Part shown: positions 43,745 through 64,000 of the stretch, in pieces
Numbering within the stretch: position 1 is the first letter of the stretch
How the letters are laid out: the number at the start of each line of letters is the position of its first letter
NCBI RefSeq assembly: GCF_009914755.1
Contig: NC_060943.1
Length of the DNA: 64,000 nucleotides
Strand: one strand, 5' to 3'
Source of the DNA: the human T2T-CHM13v2.0 reference genome, Homo sapiens
Notes under the pieces: model-generated
Told to the model about the DNA's origin: nothing
The model's database searches: none
What the model saw: the letters and a program-made list of their open reading frames with translations, nothing else
Position numbers and translations under genes: made by a program

Positions 43745-44160
43745 TCACTGGTGCCTTAGGATAATCCTGGTGTGGGTGTGGGCAAAAGCCTGCTCTCCCA
43801 CAGAACAGTCTGGCTTTGCACCTGCTTGGCCCTATATGAATCTACCTCCATGTATGCTGTCACCAGGGAGCAGCACAGGGGCCCAGCCAACAGCTGGTGG
43901 GAGGAGGGGCAGATGTTAGAGCAGGTTGAGTGAAGGAAGGATCCCATCAGAGCATAACCCAGATTTCACAATTATCTCCACCCTGGAAGGTGGGCAGGGA
44001 CATCACCAAAGGGGCTGATCTTGATGGAAAATTGGTTTCTTGGCCCGTGTAGTGGCTCATGCCTGTAATCCCAGCACTTTGGAAGGCCGACGTGGGCAGA
44101 TTGCTTGAGCAAAAGAGTTCAAGACCAGACTGGGCACAGTGGCTCACGCCTGTAATCCTA

Positions 44161-44564
<404 letters not shown>

Positions 44565-44714
44565 TTAAGTAGTGAGGTGGGGGTAGAGGGCTCATTCCCT
44601 ACCAAAAATGCCCCCTCTCCTGTATCAACCCTGTCTCCTGTATCAAACACACCTTCAGTGGAAATCTTTTCATTTTCATGTACTATAATTTTCTATTTAA
44701 AAAGTCACCCTTAA

Positions 44715-45810
<1,096 letters not shown>

Positions 45811-45946
45811 GCCGAGCATGGTGGCTCACACCTATAATCCCAGCACTTTGGGAGGCCTAAGTGGGCAGATCACCTGAGGCCAGTAGTTTGAGACCAGCCT
45901 GGCCAGCATGGCGAAACCCCATCTCTACTAAAAATATAAAAAATTA

Positions 45947-46090
<144 letters not shown>

Positions 46091-46093
46091 TCA

Positions 46094-46492
<399 letters not shown>

Positions 46493-48180
46493 CTAGTACT
46501 TTGGGAGGCTGAGGCAGGCGGATCCCCTGAGTCCAAGAGTTTGAGACCAGCCTGGCAACATGGTGAAACCCCATCTCTACAAAAAATTAAAACAGTAGCT
46601 AGGCAAGGTAGTGCACACCTGTAATCCCAGCTACTTGGGGAGCTGAGCTGGGAGTATCACCTGAGCCCAGGAAGTGGAGGCTGCAGTGAGCTATGATCAG
46701 TAAAACACAAGACAGGTTCACTGGCTCCCATCCCAACCCGGACCAGCTCCCTAGTATAACAACTCACATGCATGTGGACTATACCCTTAGAGCCTTCTTC
46801 TTCTTTCTTCTTTTTTCTTCTTCTTTCTTCTTCTTCTTAGTGTGTCGCTCTCACCCAGGCTGGAGTTCAGTGCGATCCCAGCTCACTGCAACCTCCGTCT
46901 CCTGGGTTCAAGTGATTCTCCTGCCTCATCCTCTGGAGTAGCTGGGATGACAGGTGCCTGCCACCACGCCCAGCTATTTTTTTGTATTTTTAGTAGAGAC
47001 AGGGTTTCACCATGTTGGCCAGGCTGGTCTCGAAATCCTGACCTTAGGTGATCTGCTGCCTGCCTTGGCCTCCCAAAGTGCTAGGATTACAGGTGTGAGC
47101 CAACATGCCCAGCCTTTTTTGTTTTTTGAGAAAGGGTCTCACTCTGTCAGACAGGCTGGAATGCAGTGGCATGTTCAGGACTCACTATAGCCTCAACCTC
47201 CCAAGCTCAAGTGATCCTCCTGCCTCAGCCCCTAAAGTAGCTGGGACTACAGGCATGTGCCAACACACCCAGCTAGTTGTTATTTGCTGTTGTTGTTGTT
47301 TTAATTTTAGTAGAGACAAGGTCTCACTGTGTTTCCCAGGCTGGCCTCGAACTCCTGAGCTCAAGTGATCTTCCCGCCTCAGCCTCCCAAAGTGCTGGGG
47401 TTACAGGTGTGAGCCACCACATCTGGCCTTACAGCCTTCTTCTGTGTGTTTATGTGCATATATGTAGCCATAGGGAAAAAAATCAAAATCCTTTGGTGTT
47501 CTTTCTTATTTTTTCAAATATTTCACCTGCCCCATTCTCTTTCCTTTCTCCTTCTAGTACTCCCATTGCATGCAAGTTAGACCTTTTTTTTTCTTTTTTT
47601 TTCTTTTTTTTGAGACGGAGTCTCGCCTGAGCTGGAGCACAGTGGTGCGATCTCGGATCTCGGCTCACTCCAGCCTCTGCCTCCCAGGTTCACATGATTC
47701 TCCTGCCTCAGCCTCCCGAGTAGCTGGGATTACAGGCATGTGCCACCACGCCTGGCCAATTTTTGTATTTTTATTAGAGAGAGGGTTTCATCATGTTGGC
47801 CAGGCTGGTTTCAAACTCCTGGCCCCAAGTGATCCGCCCAATTCAGCCTCCTAAAGTGCTGGGATTACAGGCGGGAGCCACTGTGCCCAGCCATAAGTTA
47901 GATCTTTTGATATCATCCAGAAAATACCAAGGCTCTATACAGTTTCTAAATTGAGGTAAAATATATGTAATATAAAATTAACCATTTTAAACATGTTTAA
48001 GTGTGCAACTTAGTAGTATTCAGTACATTCAAAGTGTTGTGCAACCATTACCACTATCCATTTTTACTTAAACTTTTTTCTTCTCTGTTCTTCAGTTTGG
48101 ATATTTGCTATCAATCTGTCTTTAAATTTGTTAGCACTTTCTTTTATCATCTCCAATGCGCTATCAAGCCCAAACAGTGA

Positions 48181-48468
<288 letters not shown>

Positions 48469-48916
48469 TGAACTCTAGTGATCCACCCACCTTGGCCTCT
48501 CAAAGTGCTGGGATTACAGACATAATAGCTGCCTCAAACACCTTTCTGCTAATTCCAACATCTGGGTCACCTCAGAGCCAGTCTCCTTTAACTTCCTTCT
48601 TTCCTGAGCATGGGCCATGTTTTCCAATTTTGTGAGATGTCAAGAAATTTTGGATTGAGTGCTGGATATTGTGGAAGATATGTTGTAGAGTCTCTGGATT
48701 CTGTTATGTTCCTTTGAAGAGCAATGATTTTTTAAAATTTAACTATTTTTTTATCAGGCAGTTAACCTGGCTGGACTCAGACTCCAAAGTCTGTTTCTCC
48801 TGTGGTGGGTAGCAGATGAAATCTTGGCCTAGTTCTGTTAGCCTCAGCAAGGCTAGTTGGAATACGTTCAATATCCATGGGCTAAGAGTCAGCAAGAGAT
48901 GTACACAGACTTTTAA

Positions 48917-49191
<275 letters not shown>

Positions 49192-49275
49192 TGATCCGCC
49201 TGCCTCGGCCTCCCAAAGTTCTGGGATTACAAGCATGAGGCACTGTGCCCAGCATTTTTTTTTTTTTTTTTTTAG

Positions 49276-49545
<270 letters not shown>

Positions 49546-49585
49546 TAAGCCAGTTTTTATCTCCAATGAATAGCAATAAAAATGA

Positions 49586-50110
<525 letters not shown>

Positions 50111-50572
50111 TTTTATTTAAACCTTTTTTTTTTTTTTTGAGACATGGTCTCACCCTGTTGCCCAGGTTAGAGTGCTGGTGGTGTGATCACAGCTCCCTGC
50201 AGCCTAGATCTCCCAGGCTTGTCATCCTTCCACCTCAGCCTCCTAGAGAGTAGCTAGGACTACAGGGAGACACCACCATGCCTCGCTGATTTTTTTTTTT
50301 TTTTTTTTTTTTTTTGAAGTGGAGGTGAGGTTTCACTATGTTGTCCAGGCTGGTCTTAAACTCCTAGGCTTGAGTGATCCTCCCGCCTTGACTTCCCAAA
50401 GTGCTGGGGTTACAGACATAAGCCACTGCAGCCAGCCTGAATCTTTTTATTTTATTTTTTTTAAGAGATGAGGGTCTCTCTATGTTGTCCAGCCTGGTCT
50501 CAAATTCCTGGCCTCAAGCAATCCTCCAACTTCAGCCTGGGATTACAGGCAAAAGCCACCACACTCGGCTAA

Positions 50573-50870
<298 letters not shown>

Positions 50871-51518
50871 TAGTTGTTTTTTTATATTTAGCTCAGTGTT
50901 TATCATTGTTATCTATGAAAGAGCTGACCTGATGTGGCTGACTTCACCATTACCAGAAGGAGAATTCTTGTGGTTTTCCATTGTATAAATTATCAGGCCA
51001 TTAGTGTCTCTCTGTACTTTGCTTTTATTTTTTTTAACTCCATAATCCTCCCAAGCCATTGAACATAGCTCTTCCTCCACCCCATACCTCCTTTAGTAAT
51101 TTTTAAAATTAAAAAATTTTTTAATTGTGGGGCTGGGCGCGGTGGCTCACGTCTGTAATCCCAGCACTTTGGGAGGCCATAGCAGGTGGATCGCTTGATT
51201 CCAAGAGTTTGAGACCAACCCGGGTGACATGGCGAAATCCTGTCTCTACAAACAAACAAAAACACAAAAATTAGCTGGGCATGGTGGCACACGCCTGTAG
51301 TCCCAGCTGCTCAGGAGGCTGAAGTGGGAGGACCACTTGAGCCTGGGTGGTGAAGGTTGCAGTTAGATAGCACCACTGCACTCCAGCCTGAGCAACAGAG
51401 ACCTCGTCTCAAAATAAGAGAGTCGGCTGGGCGTGGTGGCTCACGCCTGTAATCCCAGCACTTTGGGAGGCCGAGGCGGGCGGATCACGAGGTCAGGAGA
51501 TCGAGACCATCCTGGCTA

Positions 51519-51794
<276 letters not shown>

Positions 51795-51849
51795 TCATGC
51801 AGTCCTCCCGAGTAGCTGCACCACAGGCATGAGCCACAGCCCCCAGCTT

Positions 51850-52643
<794 letters not shown>

Positions 52644-52737
52644 TGATCTGCCCCCCTCAGCCTCCCAAAGTGCTGGGATTACAGGCGTGAACGACCGCAC
52701 CTGGCATAATAGAGACGAGGTTTCACTATGTTGGTCA

Positions 52738-53127
<390 letters not shown>

Positions 53128-53376
53128 CTATAAAGAATTTTAAAATTAGGCAGGCTGGTGGCATGTGTCTGTGGTTCCAGCTACTCAGGAGGCTGAGGTG
53201 GGAGGATCACCTGAGCCCCAGGTGGGTTGAGGCTGCAATGAGCTGTGATCGTGCCACTGTAGTCCAGCCTGGGTAACAAGAGCAAGACCCTATCCCAAAA
53301 CAAAAACAAAACAGGCCGGGTGCGGTGGCTCACGCCTGTAATCCCAGCACTTTGGGAAGCCGAGGCGGGCAGATCA

Positions 53377-53592
<216 letters not shown>

Positions 53593-53828
53593 TCAAAACA
53601 AACAAAAAAATGCCTTCTAGTTGAAAAGGTTTTACATGTCCTATTTCATGACTTGTCATTTGGTGTACCAGAGTTTTGTTAGTTCAAATCGAGAAAGACG
53701 TTTCCTAACATGACATATGCGTTAGTAAGGTTTTCTTTGGAGGGGGAACTCTGTATATGCTAGGTGTTTCTTAAACTTTCCCAAGAGTTTGGGTCAAATT
53801 TCTGCTTATGGCTGGGCGTGGTGGTTCA

Positions 53829-54172
<344 letters not shown>

Positions 54173-55028
54173 TCACTTGAGGCCAGGAGTTTGAGACCAG
54201 CCTGGCCAACATGGCGAAACCCCATCTCTACTAAAAATACAAAAATTAGCCAGGCATCGTGGCATGGACCTATAATTCCAGCTACTCAGTGTGGCTGAGG
54301 CAGTAGAATCGCTTGAACCAGAGAGGTAGAGGTTGCAGTGAACTGAGATCAGGCCACTGCACTCCAGCCTGGGCAACAGAGCGAGACTCTGTCTCAAAAA
54401 AAAAAAAAAAAAAAAAAAAAAAAACGAAAAGGAGAAAAGAAAGAAATCTGTTTATTTCTTAGCTTGCAAGTCACCTTGCTGTTAGTTCTCTCACAGTTAT
54501 CTGCCCCAGGAACACAGAGACGATTATAGATAAAGATCCTGTTACCTTGGACCTGGTAAAGGCTGCTGGACTAGGTGTAGCTCACTCAGCCTCCAGCTTT
54601 CTGTTCATTATCTTGATTGAGGGGGTGATTTCATGGGTGTGTACATATGTCAAAATGTGTTGGAACTGCTGGGTGCCGTGGCTCATGCCTGTACTCTCAG
54701 CACTTTGGGAGGCGGAGGCGGGCAGACCACCTGAGGTCAGGATTTCAAGACCAGCCTGGCCAACATTGTGAAACCCCATTTCCACTAAAAACACAAAAAA
54801 AGTTAGCCACGCATGGTGGTGGATGCCTGTGATCCCAGCTACTTGGGAGGCTGCGGCAAGAGGATCACTTGAACCCAGGAAGTAGAGGTTGCAGTGAGCC
54901 AAGATCATTCCACTGCACTCCAGCCTGGGCATAGAGACTGCATCTCAAAAAAACAGAAAAAAGTAGGCCAGGCATGGTGGCTTATGCCTGTAATCCCAGC
55001 ACTTTGGGAGGCTGAGGTGGGTGGATCA

Positions 55029-55457
<429 letters not shown>

Positions 55458-56331
55458 CTACTCCACCTCTGGGGCTGGGGACTGCTCATTTTTTCCCTCC
55501 AACCCCCCAGAGACCAGATCCTCTCTCCTCCCTCACGGACCTCCCCACTTTACTCTGGGATGCTGGGGGCCCCTGGAGATCTCACCCTGGCCTGACCATC
55601 ACTAACTGGGGAGAGACTTAGAGGCAGACTTGAATACTCCAACCTCCAGGGAGCCAGGGCTGGCTCAGAAGAAAGGTCTAGGGGCAGGGAGGGGTATTGG
55701 CTGGGGAGGGGACTCTGCCTAGCATAGGAAGAGCAGGGGAGGCCTCTTAAATAGGGATTTTAATCTGATCCAGGACTTGAAAGGCAAGTGGGAACTGGCC
55801 CAGGGAAGAGGGCGGAGGCATGTTGGAAAAAGGGCACTGATGCAGAGGCCTGGAGGCTTGGGGCTGGTCTTGGGAATCATACCATCTGGATGGCATGGGG
55901 CTGAGGTAACCAGAGCTTGAATAGAACTGCAGAAGAGACAGATGATTCCAGAAGGGTAAGGAGGTGGAGGCCCCTCTTTACTTCCTTCCCACAGCAGGCA
56001 CCAGGCCAGAGTTGGGTGGGCACCTGCTGGGGGATCCTCATGGTCCAGTATTGGTTGTAGGTTTTGAGGGGGCTGACAGGAGAGGTGGTTGCCAGGGAAT
56101 GGTTCCAAGAAGATGCAATAGGGGAGGAGGCTGGGGATACCCAGGGGACATGGCCCAGCTTATGGAGGCTCCTGAGCTTCCAGGGGCATAGACATTAAGA
56201 AATTGCACGCTGAGCCCGAGTGTGGTGGCTTGTGTCGGTAATCCTAGCACTTTGGGAAGCCATAGTGGGAGAATGGCTCAAGACCAGGAGTGCAAGACCA
56301 GCCTGGGCAACATACCAAGACCCTATCTCTA

Positions 56332-56832
<501 letters not shown>

Positions 56833-57699
56833 TTAGCTTCTAGTACCCCGAAAGCTTAGAGGGCAAGTAGAAGGAGGAGCTTGCTTTTTGGGGAAACTTT
56901 AATCAGCAGAGGTAGGCCTGGGGAGGCCTCCGCAGGACCGTATGAACCCTGAGCCCACTGTGGGAGCAGAGCAGCCCCCTCCTCACCCAAGGAAGCTTCT
57001 ATCCTTGACTGTCCCCCTTGCTGACTGAGTGACCTGTGATCTGTCTCTAGTCATTTCTTGCTTTGAGCCTTGGGCTTCCCAGTTCCCACGTTTCCTTTAT
57101 GGGAATGTTTATGGAGATCAAGCCAACCATGCCTGTTAAGGGGGGTTATTTTTCTAGAGAGTTTGACCACCTGAGCTAACATCCTTGCACCCTCCCACCT
57201 GTCCATCTGTCTATTCTACTCATTCATCCATGTAGCAAACATTTATGTGGCATCTAATGTGTCCAGCCCTGTCTGAGGCTCTGAGGATACAGCAGTGACT
57301 CAAACAACATTCTTTTCTTTCATGAAACTTATGCCTTGGGGTGAAGAAGACACCCCAATGAAACAGATCAACTGGGACAAGAGGGTTGAAGGAACTACAC
57401 AGGATCAGGAGACAGAATAATATGGTGGCCTCTTTGGTGGTAGTCTGAGAAGTCTTCTTGGAGGAGGTGACATTTGAGCTGAAATAAGAATGATAACACA
57501 GTCAGACATGTATGTGACTGTCTGGGGTGCAAACATGGTACAAGTGAGCTTGGTGAGTTGGAAGCCCAGCAAGCAGCAGTTGCTATGGATTAAGCTGGGG
57601 AGGCAGAGGTGGGGAGGCAGCAGGGCCAGAATGTAGAGGGCAGGAATGTGTGCAGAAATAAGGGGCTCAGGTAAGGCGGAACCTTGAACTTGGGGTCCA

Positions 57700-57973
57700 C
57701 CTTGGGGTCTTTGGGGGGAGTGGTACCTCAACCGGCAGCATCTCTGGTCACTAACACCCTGTGGGACCTCTGCTCAGAGAGGCTCAGAGTGGAAGAGACA
57801 GGTCCGTCTGGAAGGGACAGCCAGGACCCGGTGCAGAGGCAGGCTGTGGTTATCTGCAAACAGCCCCCTTCCTTCCAGCATGTCACGTGCTCCCGCCTGA
57901 GCCTCTGGCCGCAGGAATCAGGTGACCCCAGGCAGCGGGCCAGGCTGCAGGGGCGGGTGAGTGAGTCAATGTA

Positions 57974-58017
<44 letters not shown>

Positions 58018-58600
58018 TCTCTGGGAGGCCCAGACATCTGGGGTCTGAATTAATTGCCTTTTTCACAACCATGGACAAGTCCTGTATTTCCAGCTAGATT
58101 GAAAGCAAAACAAAACAAACCTATGTGCATAGCTCTGATCTGCTGAGCAGTGCCGGGGTCCTTGGGGGTTCGGGGAAGCCGTGGGAACCAGTCCTTCTCA
58201 CTCAGACCCCTGAAGAGGGGCAGGGATCCTCTACTCATGCCCCCTAACCCACCTCCCGTGTCAGTACAAAGCCCCATTCTCTCTCTTTCCCCCAATCTGG
58301 GGCTATTTTTAGCCACTAAGAAGGATTATCAGTTTGGTTCCCAGGTGGCAGGGGCCAAGCTGGGAGTGGGGCCAGGGAGGCTTCAAACAGCAGCCAGGCT
58401 TGGGGGCGGGTGGGGTGAGGGGAGAAGAGGCTGGTCACACTGGCCCTGCCACCCACGCGGTGGCTCTGCAGATGACCCTGAAGCTGCTGTCGTCCAGCCC
58501 AGCCCAAACACTTCAGCTGCAGCTTTAAGGGAAGGTGGCAGGGGCAAGGAAAGCTTCCAGCAGCCTTAGGCACCTCAGATGCTGGAAACCGTCCTAAGGG
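57700..58600. promoter_or_regulatory. Candidate intronic enhancer or alternative promoter
   Basis: Island with no Alu and no other transposon I recognise, carrying clustered GTCACGTG E-box (57882-57889), GC box (57951-57957), AP-1 TGAGTCA (57962-57968) and some retained CpGs. Confidence 0.4.
57979..58012 (+). repeat. (GT)17 microsatellite
   Basis: Read directly. Confidence 0.95.
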
Positions 58601-58705
58601 CTTGGAAGAACCATCTAGAAGCCTCCATAGGCCAGCACCCCTTCTTTCCAGACCACTCCCCATCCTGCCCCCACCTCCTGTCTAGCAGTAACTATCACAG
58701 TCTAA

Positions 58706-58882
<177 letters not shown>

Positions 58883-60406
58883 TAAATTTTTTTGTCTTGC
58901 TATGTTGCCCTGGCTGGTCTCGAACTCCTGACCTTAAGCAATCCTCCCACTTCGGCCTCTCAAAGTGCTGGGTGTGAGCCACTGCACTCGGTCCTCTAAA
59001 TTTTACTAGGTGCTCACTCCACCTCAGGTGCCATTCCGAACCACTCCATGTGGAAGAGGGGCTATTGTTTGTTCCATTTTACAGATAAAACTGAGGCACA
59101 GATAGGCCACGTTCCATGCCTGGTAAACGGGTGAGGCAGGAATCAGGAATCAGATCCGTTGTGATATCAGCATGGAGTGTTTATAAACTGCCCGCCTGCC
59201 CTGAGCCTCACAATAGCCTGGTAGAACAAGGAGGGAATCTAGCTGTACCCATTTTTCAGATGGGACAACTGAGGCCCAGGAAGACAGAGGATGACAGGGA
59301 ACAAACAGAAGAACTGGATCCAAAAGAGAAAAGCTAGAAATTGAGGAACACATCCCTCAGCCTCATTTCCTCCCTTCCCTCAGGAGAAGTTGAGCCTTGC
59401 TGGCCTGAGGTGCCTGGTTATAGCCATGCCTGAGCCCCTCCCATATGCCAGACTCTGCCTCAATGCCCCAGGTGCAAGGTCTCTGAGCTGCTTAACCACC
59501 CTTCAGGGAGGGCACCTGTCCCACCAACAGGTGACGAAATTGAGGCTCCCAGGGCTTTGAAGCATTGCAGCTAGGACTCCAGCCAGTCTGCTGGGCTCCA
59601 GACCCTGTTCTTTTCTCAAACCACAGCATCTTTTATTTATGCTTTAAGAGGGAGAAGAGGGAAGGGACGAGACAGAGACAGGTTGGTGAGGTTAGCGAGA
59701 GAGTAGGACCTCTGGGGCCAGACCTCTGCAATCAGGGCATATCAGTCTGAAGCCTCCTTGGAGAGCTCCCTGGTTTAGAAAGTGCATCTGTTCCCCTTTC
59801 TGTGCCACTCAGGAAGCAATGGGCATGATTCAGCAGAGGAGAGGAGAGTTTAGAACTGGTTATGCTTCCTTCTCCAACCCTCCCTGCAAAAACACTGGCC
59901 AGCTCCTGACATCACAGTAAGACAGGGTTGCGGGAGGGTGCTTTAACAGGATCCAAAGCAGGGCAATTGGGCTGCTTTCAGGAGGAGGTGACAACTGAGC
60001 TGGGTTTTGAAGGATGCATAGGAGTTTGCCAAACAGAGAAAGAAAGCGTTTAAGCTCTTCAGGGCAGAGATGTTGCTTGTTTTCCCCACCATTTTGTGTC
60101 TTCAGCACCCAAATACTAAATGAGCATTCTAGGCAGAGGCCAGTATTTGTAAAGGCTAGGATGTGTGAAACGATATGGTCTGGTGGGAGCAGAGTATCAG
60201 TCAGTATACTGGTGGGCATTGAAGCTGGGCACATCAGCAGAGGCAAGGCTTGAGATTGTGAGAAGCCATTGCTCCTGTGGTTCTCCCTCATCCCCTACAC
60301 TCATCATGACTTGAATGTACCAAGGTGTGCAAGGATGCATCCAAGACCCTTGGGTGAGGGGAAAACATGGAGCTGGGGGGATGCCTGGGCCTTCCTAGGA
60401 CACCTA

Positions 60407-60640
<234 letters not shown>

Positions 60641-61364
60641 TCATGGCTTTGGCTGTGAGAGCTGAGTACAGTTGGGACCAAGAGTGCCAAGCTGGCCATG
60701 TGTCCTTGAGCCCCCACGGGCACACGGGATCAAGCCAACCTTGTCTGCTAGTGAAGATGATTTCTTTTTCTTGAGAAATCAACCACCTGGGCTGAAGTCC
60801 CCACATCCACCCAGCTGTTCATGTGTCTACTCTGTCTGGGATGCCTGGGCCTCGTTGTAGGTCTAGACTAGCTGCTATCCCACACCCTTGACTGCTTGTT
60901 GGGTCACTGACTTCTAGTGCCCCTCCCCAACCAGAGTATCCAATGCTAGCAGCAGCTTCTAATACTTCACTGATGCCTAAATGTCAGTTGCCCCATAGCA
61001 TGGTACTTAGCCTGCCCCTTCATGTGCAGTCTCTTCCTTTTTTTTTTTTTCCCCCAAAACAGGGTCTTGTTGACCCCTTGCTGATAGATAGAGGATTCCA
61101 TCCATCTTCATGGATTTCAACAGCAGCCACTCACTGACAAGTCCTACCCAGGCCCCACCCACCCCAAGCCTGTGCCCCAAACCTGAGTAGCTCCTGCCTC
61201 CTCCACACGCCCACGGGAACATTTTAGCTGCCCTCCCCCACACCCACAATTTGTGTTGTCTGACACTTAGCCTGACTCCTGTCCTGAAATCAGCTCATCC
61301 ATTCTGGTTCATCCAGTTCTTCAGACTGGAAGGCTGACAGCTTCAGTGGCCAAGTGGGGTGAGG

Positions 61365-61990
<626 letters not shown>

Positions 61991-62159
61991 TCAACTGGAC
62001 ATGCCAGAGCACCCTCTTCTGGCCTCCAAAATGCTACGCCCTGCATGGCAACCAACACCTGAGAATCCCTGCATTATTCAAAATAGAACCAAGGGCAACG
62101 GAACCCTCACATTCTCCTGCTGGGAGTGTAAGATGGTGCAGTCCTGCCTTGGAAAGCAG

Positions 62160-63980
<1,821 letters not shown>

Positions 63981-64000
63981 AAGTCTGCATTTCACTTGGG

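Noticed and set aside
44616-44646. 13-bp direct repeat TCTCCTGTATCAA
   Set aside because: Ordinary short slippage duplication with no functional cue.

Overview
Human-type genomic DNA that is extremely Alu-dense (by eye, more than half of the window). I recognise it from memory as chr19p13.2, covering the upstream region and 5' end of CERS4 (ceramide synthase 4, LASS4). It contains a CpG-island promoter (~25.85-27.4 kb), two ATG-free 5'UTR exons (~26800-26928 and 28163-28319) and most of the long second intron. The first coding exon lies beyond the window, so no real CDS is called; the ORF track is almost all Alu- or GC-derived noise. Non-routine content: (i) a 5'-truncated HMGB1 retrocopy (last codons, stop and ~0.4 kb of 3'UTR) split by an Alu; (ii) two co-oriented solo LTRs 65 bp apart (LTR6B-type and HERV-H LTR7-type) ~5.4-6.3 kb upstream of the CERS4 TSS, where the LTR7 poly(A) signal appears mutated and the LTR6 one is intact; (iii) a candidate cryptic exon with a uORF beside a (UG)17 tract; (iv) a 34-bp-period GC-box array and a G/C strand switch in the promoter; (v) several fold-back, tandem-duplication and nested-insertion structures. 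I see no convincing undescribed protein system, RNA gene or CRISPR-like array. Repeat family names are from recalled consensus sequences, and most repeat boundaries are approximate.
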